Positions 63,863 through 64,000 of a DNA stretch of 64,000 nt are shown piece by piece. The stretch spans positions 130,820,001-130,884,000 of the forward strand of contig NC_043000.1 of assembly GCF_006345805.1 (NCBI RefSeq). The letters run 5' to 3'. A program made the position numbers and the translations under genes. The notes under the pieces are model-generated. The model ran no database searches. It had not been told where the DNA came from and worked only from the letters and a program-made list of their open reading frames with translations. Source of the stretch: Octopus sinensis (Eukaryota). Numbering within the stretch: the stretch's first letter is position 1; each line of letters opens with the position of its first letter.

Positions 63863-64000
63863 ACACAAGGCCAGCCTTTTCCTTTTTCCTTTCAATTTAT
63901 TTTACTTTTCGATGACCAAGTCGATCACATCGACTCCAATACTTCATTGATATTTCATTTTATCGAACCTGAAAGGACGAAAGGCAACGTTGACCTTTGG
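63863..64000 (-). mobile_element. SINE-B fragment cut by the window edge
   Basis: TTTTATCGAACCTGAAAGGACGAAAGGCAA. Confidence 0.65.

Overview
AT-rich, microsatellite-saturated animal genomic DNA with one 100-N gap. It is most likely Octopus: the tRNA-derived SINE families look like octopus SINEs, recalled from memory and not checked by search. I found no host protein-coding gene I can name. Most ORFs in the supplied track are translations of microsatellites or SINEs. The window is essentially a transposon landscape: four tRNA-headed SINE groups (about 25 copies, here labelled A to D), a decayed Helitron Rep plus several non-autonomous Helitrons, three internally deleted mariners, a decayed Penelope-like element (PLE; RT plus GIY-YIG), an RTE LINE fragment and CR1-like remnants. 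The most notable items are: (1) a 1.17-kb element carrying only a LINE ORF1 (zinc knuckle), flanked by a 36-bp direct repeat and sharing its 3' tail with SINE-B; (2) a 1.2-kb near-perfect hairpin made from a PLE 3' end, each arm carrying a minimal hammerhead-ribozyme-like motif with a U3-A8 core; (3) several other fold-back structures. A few speculative spliced exon models are given at low confidence. No CRISPR, rRNA or true tRNA genes were seen.
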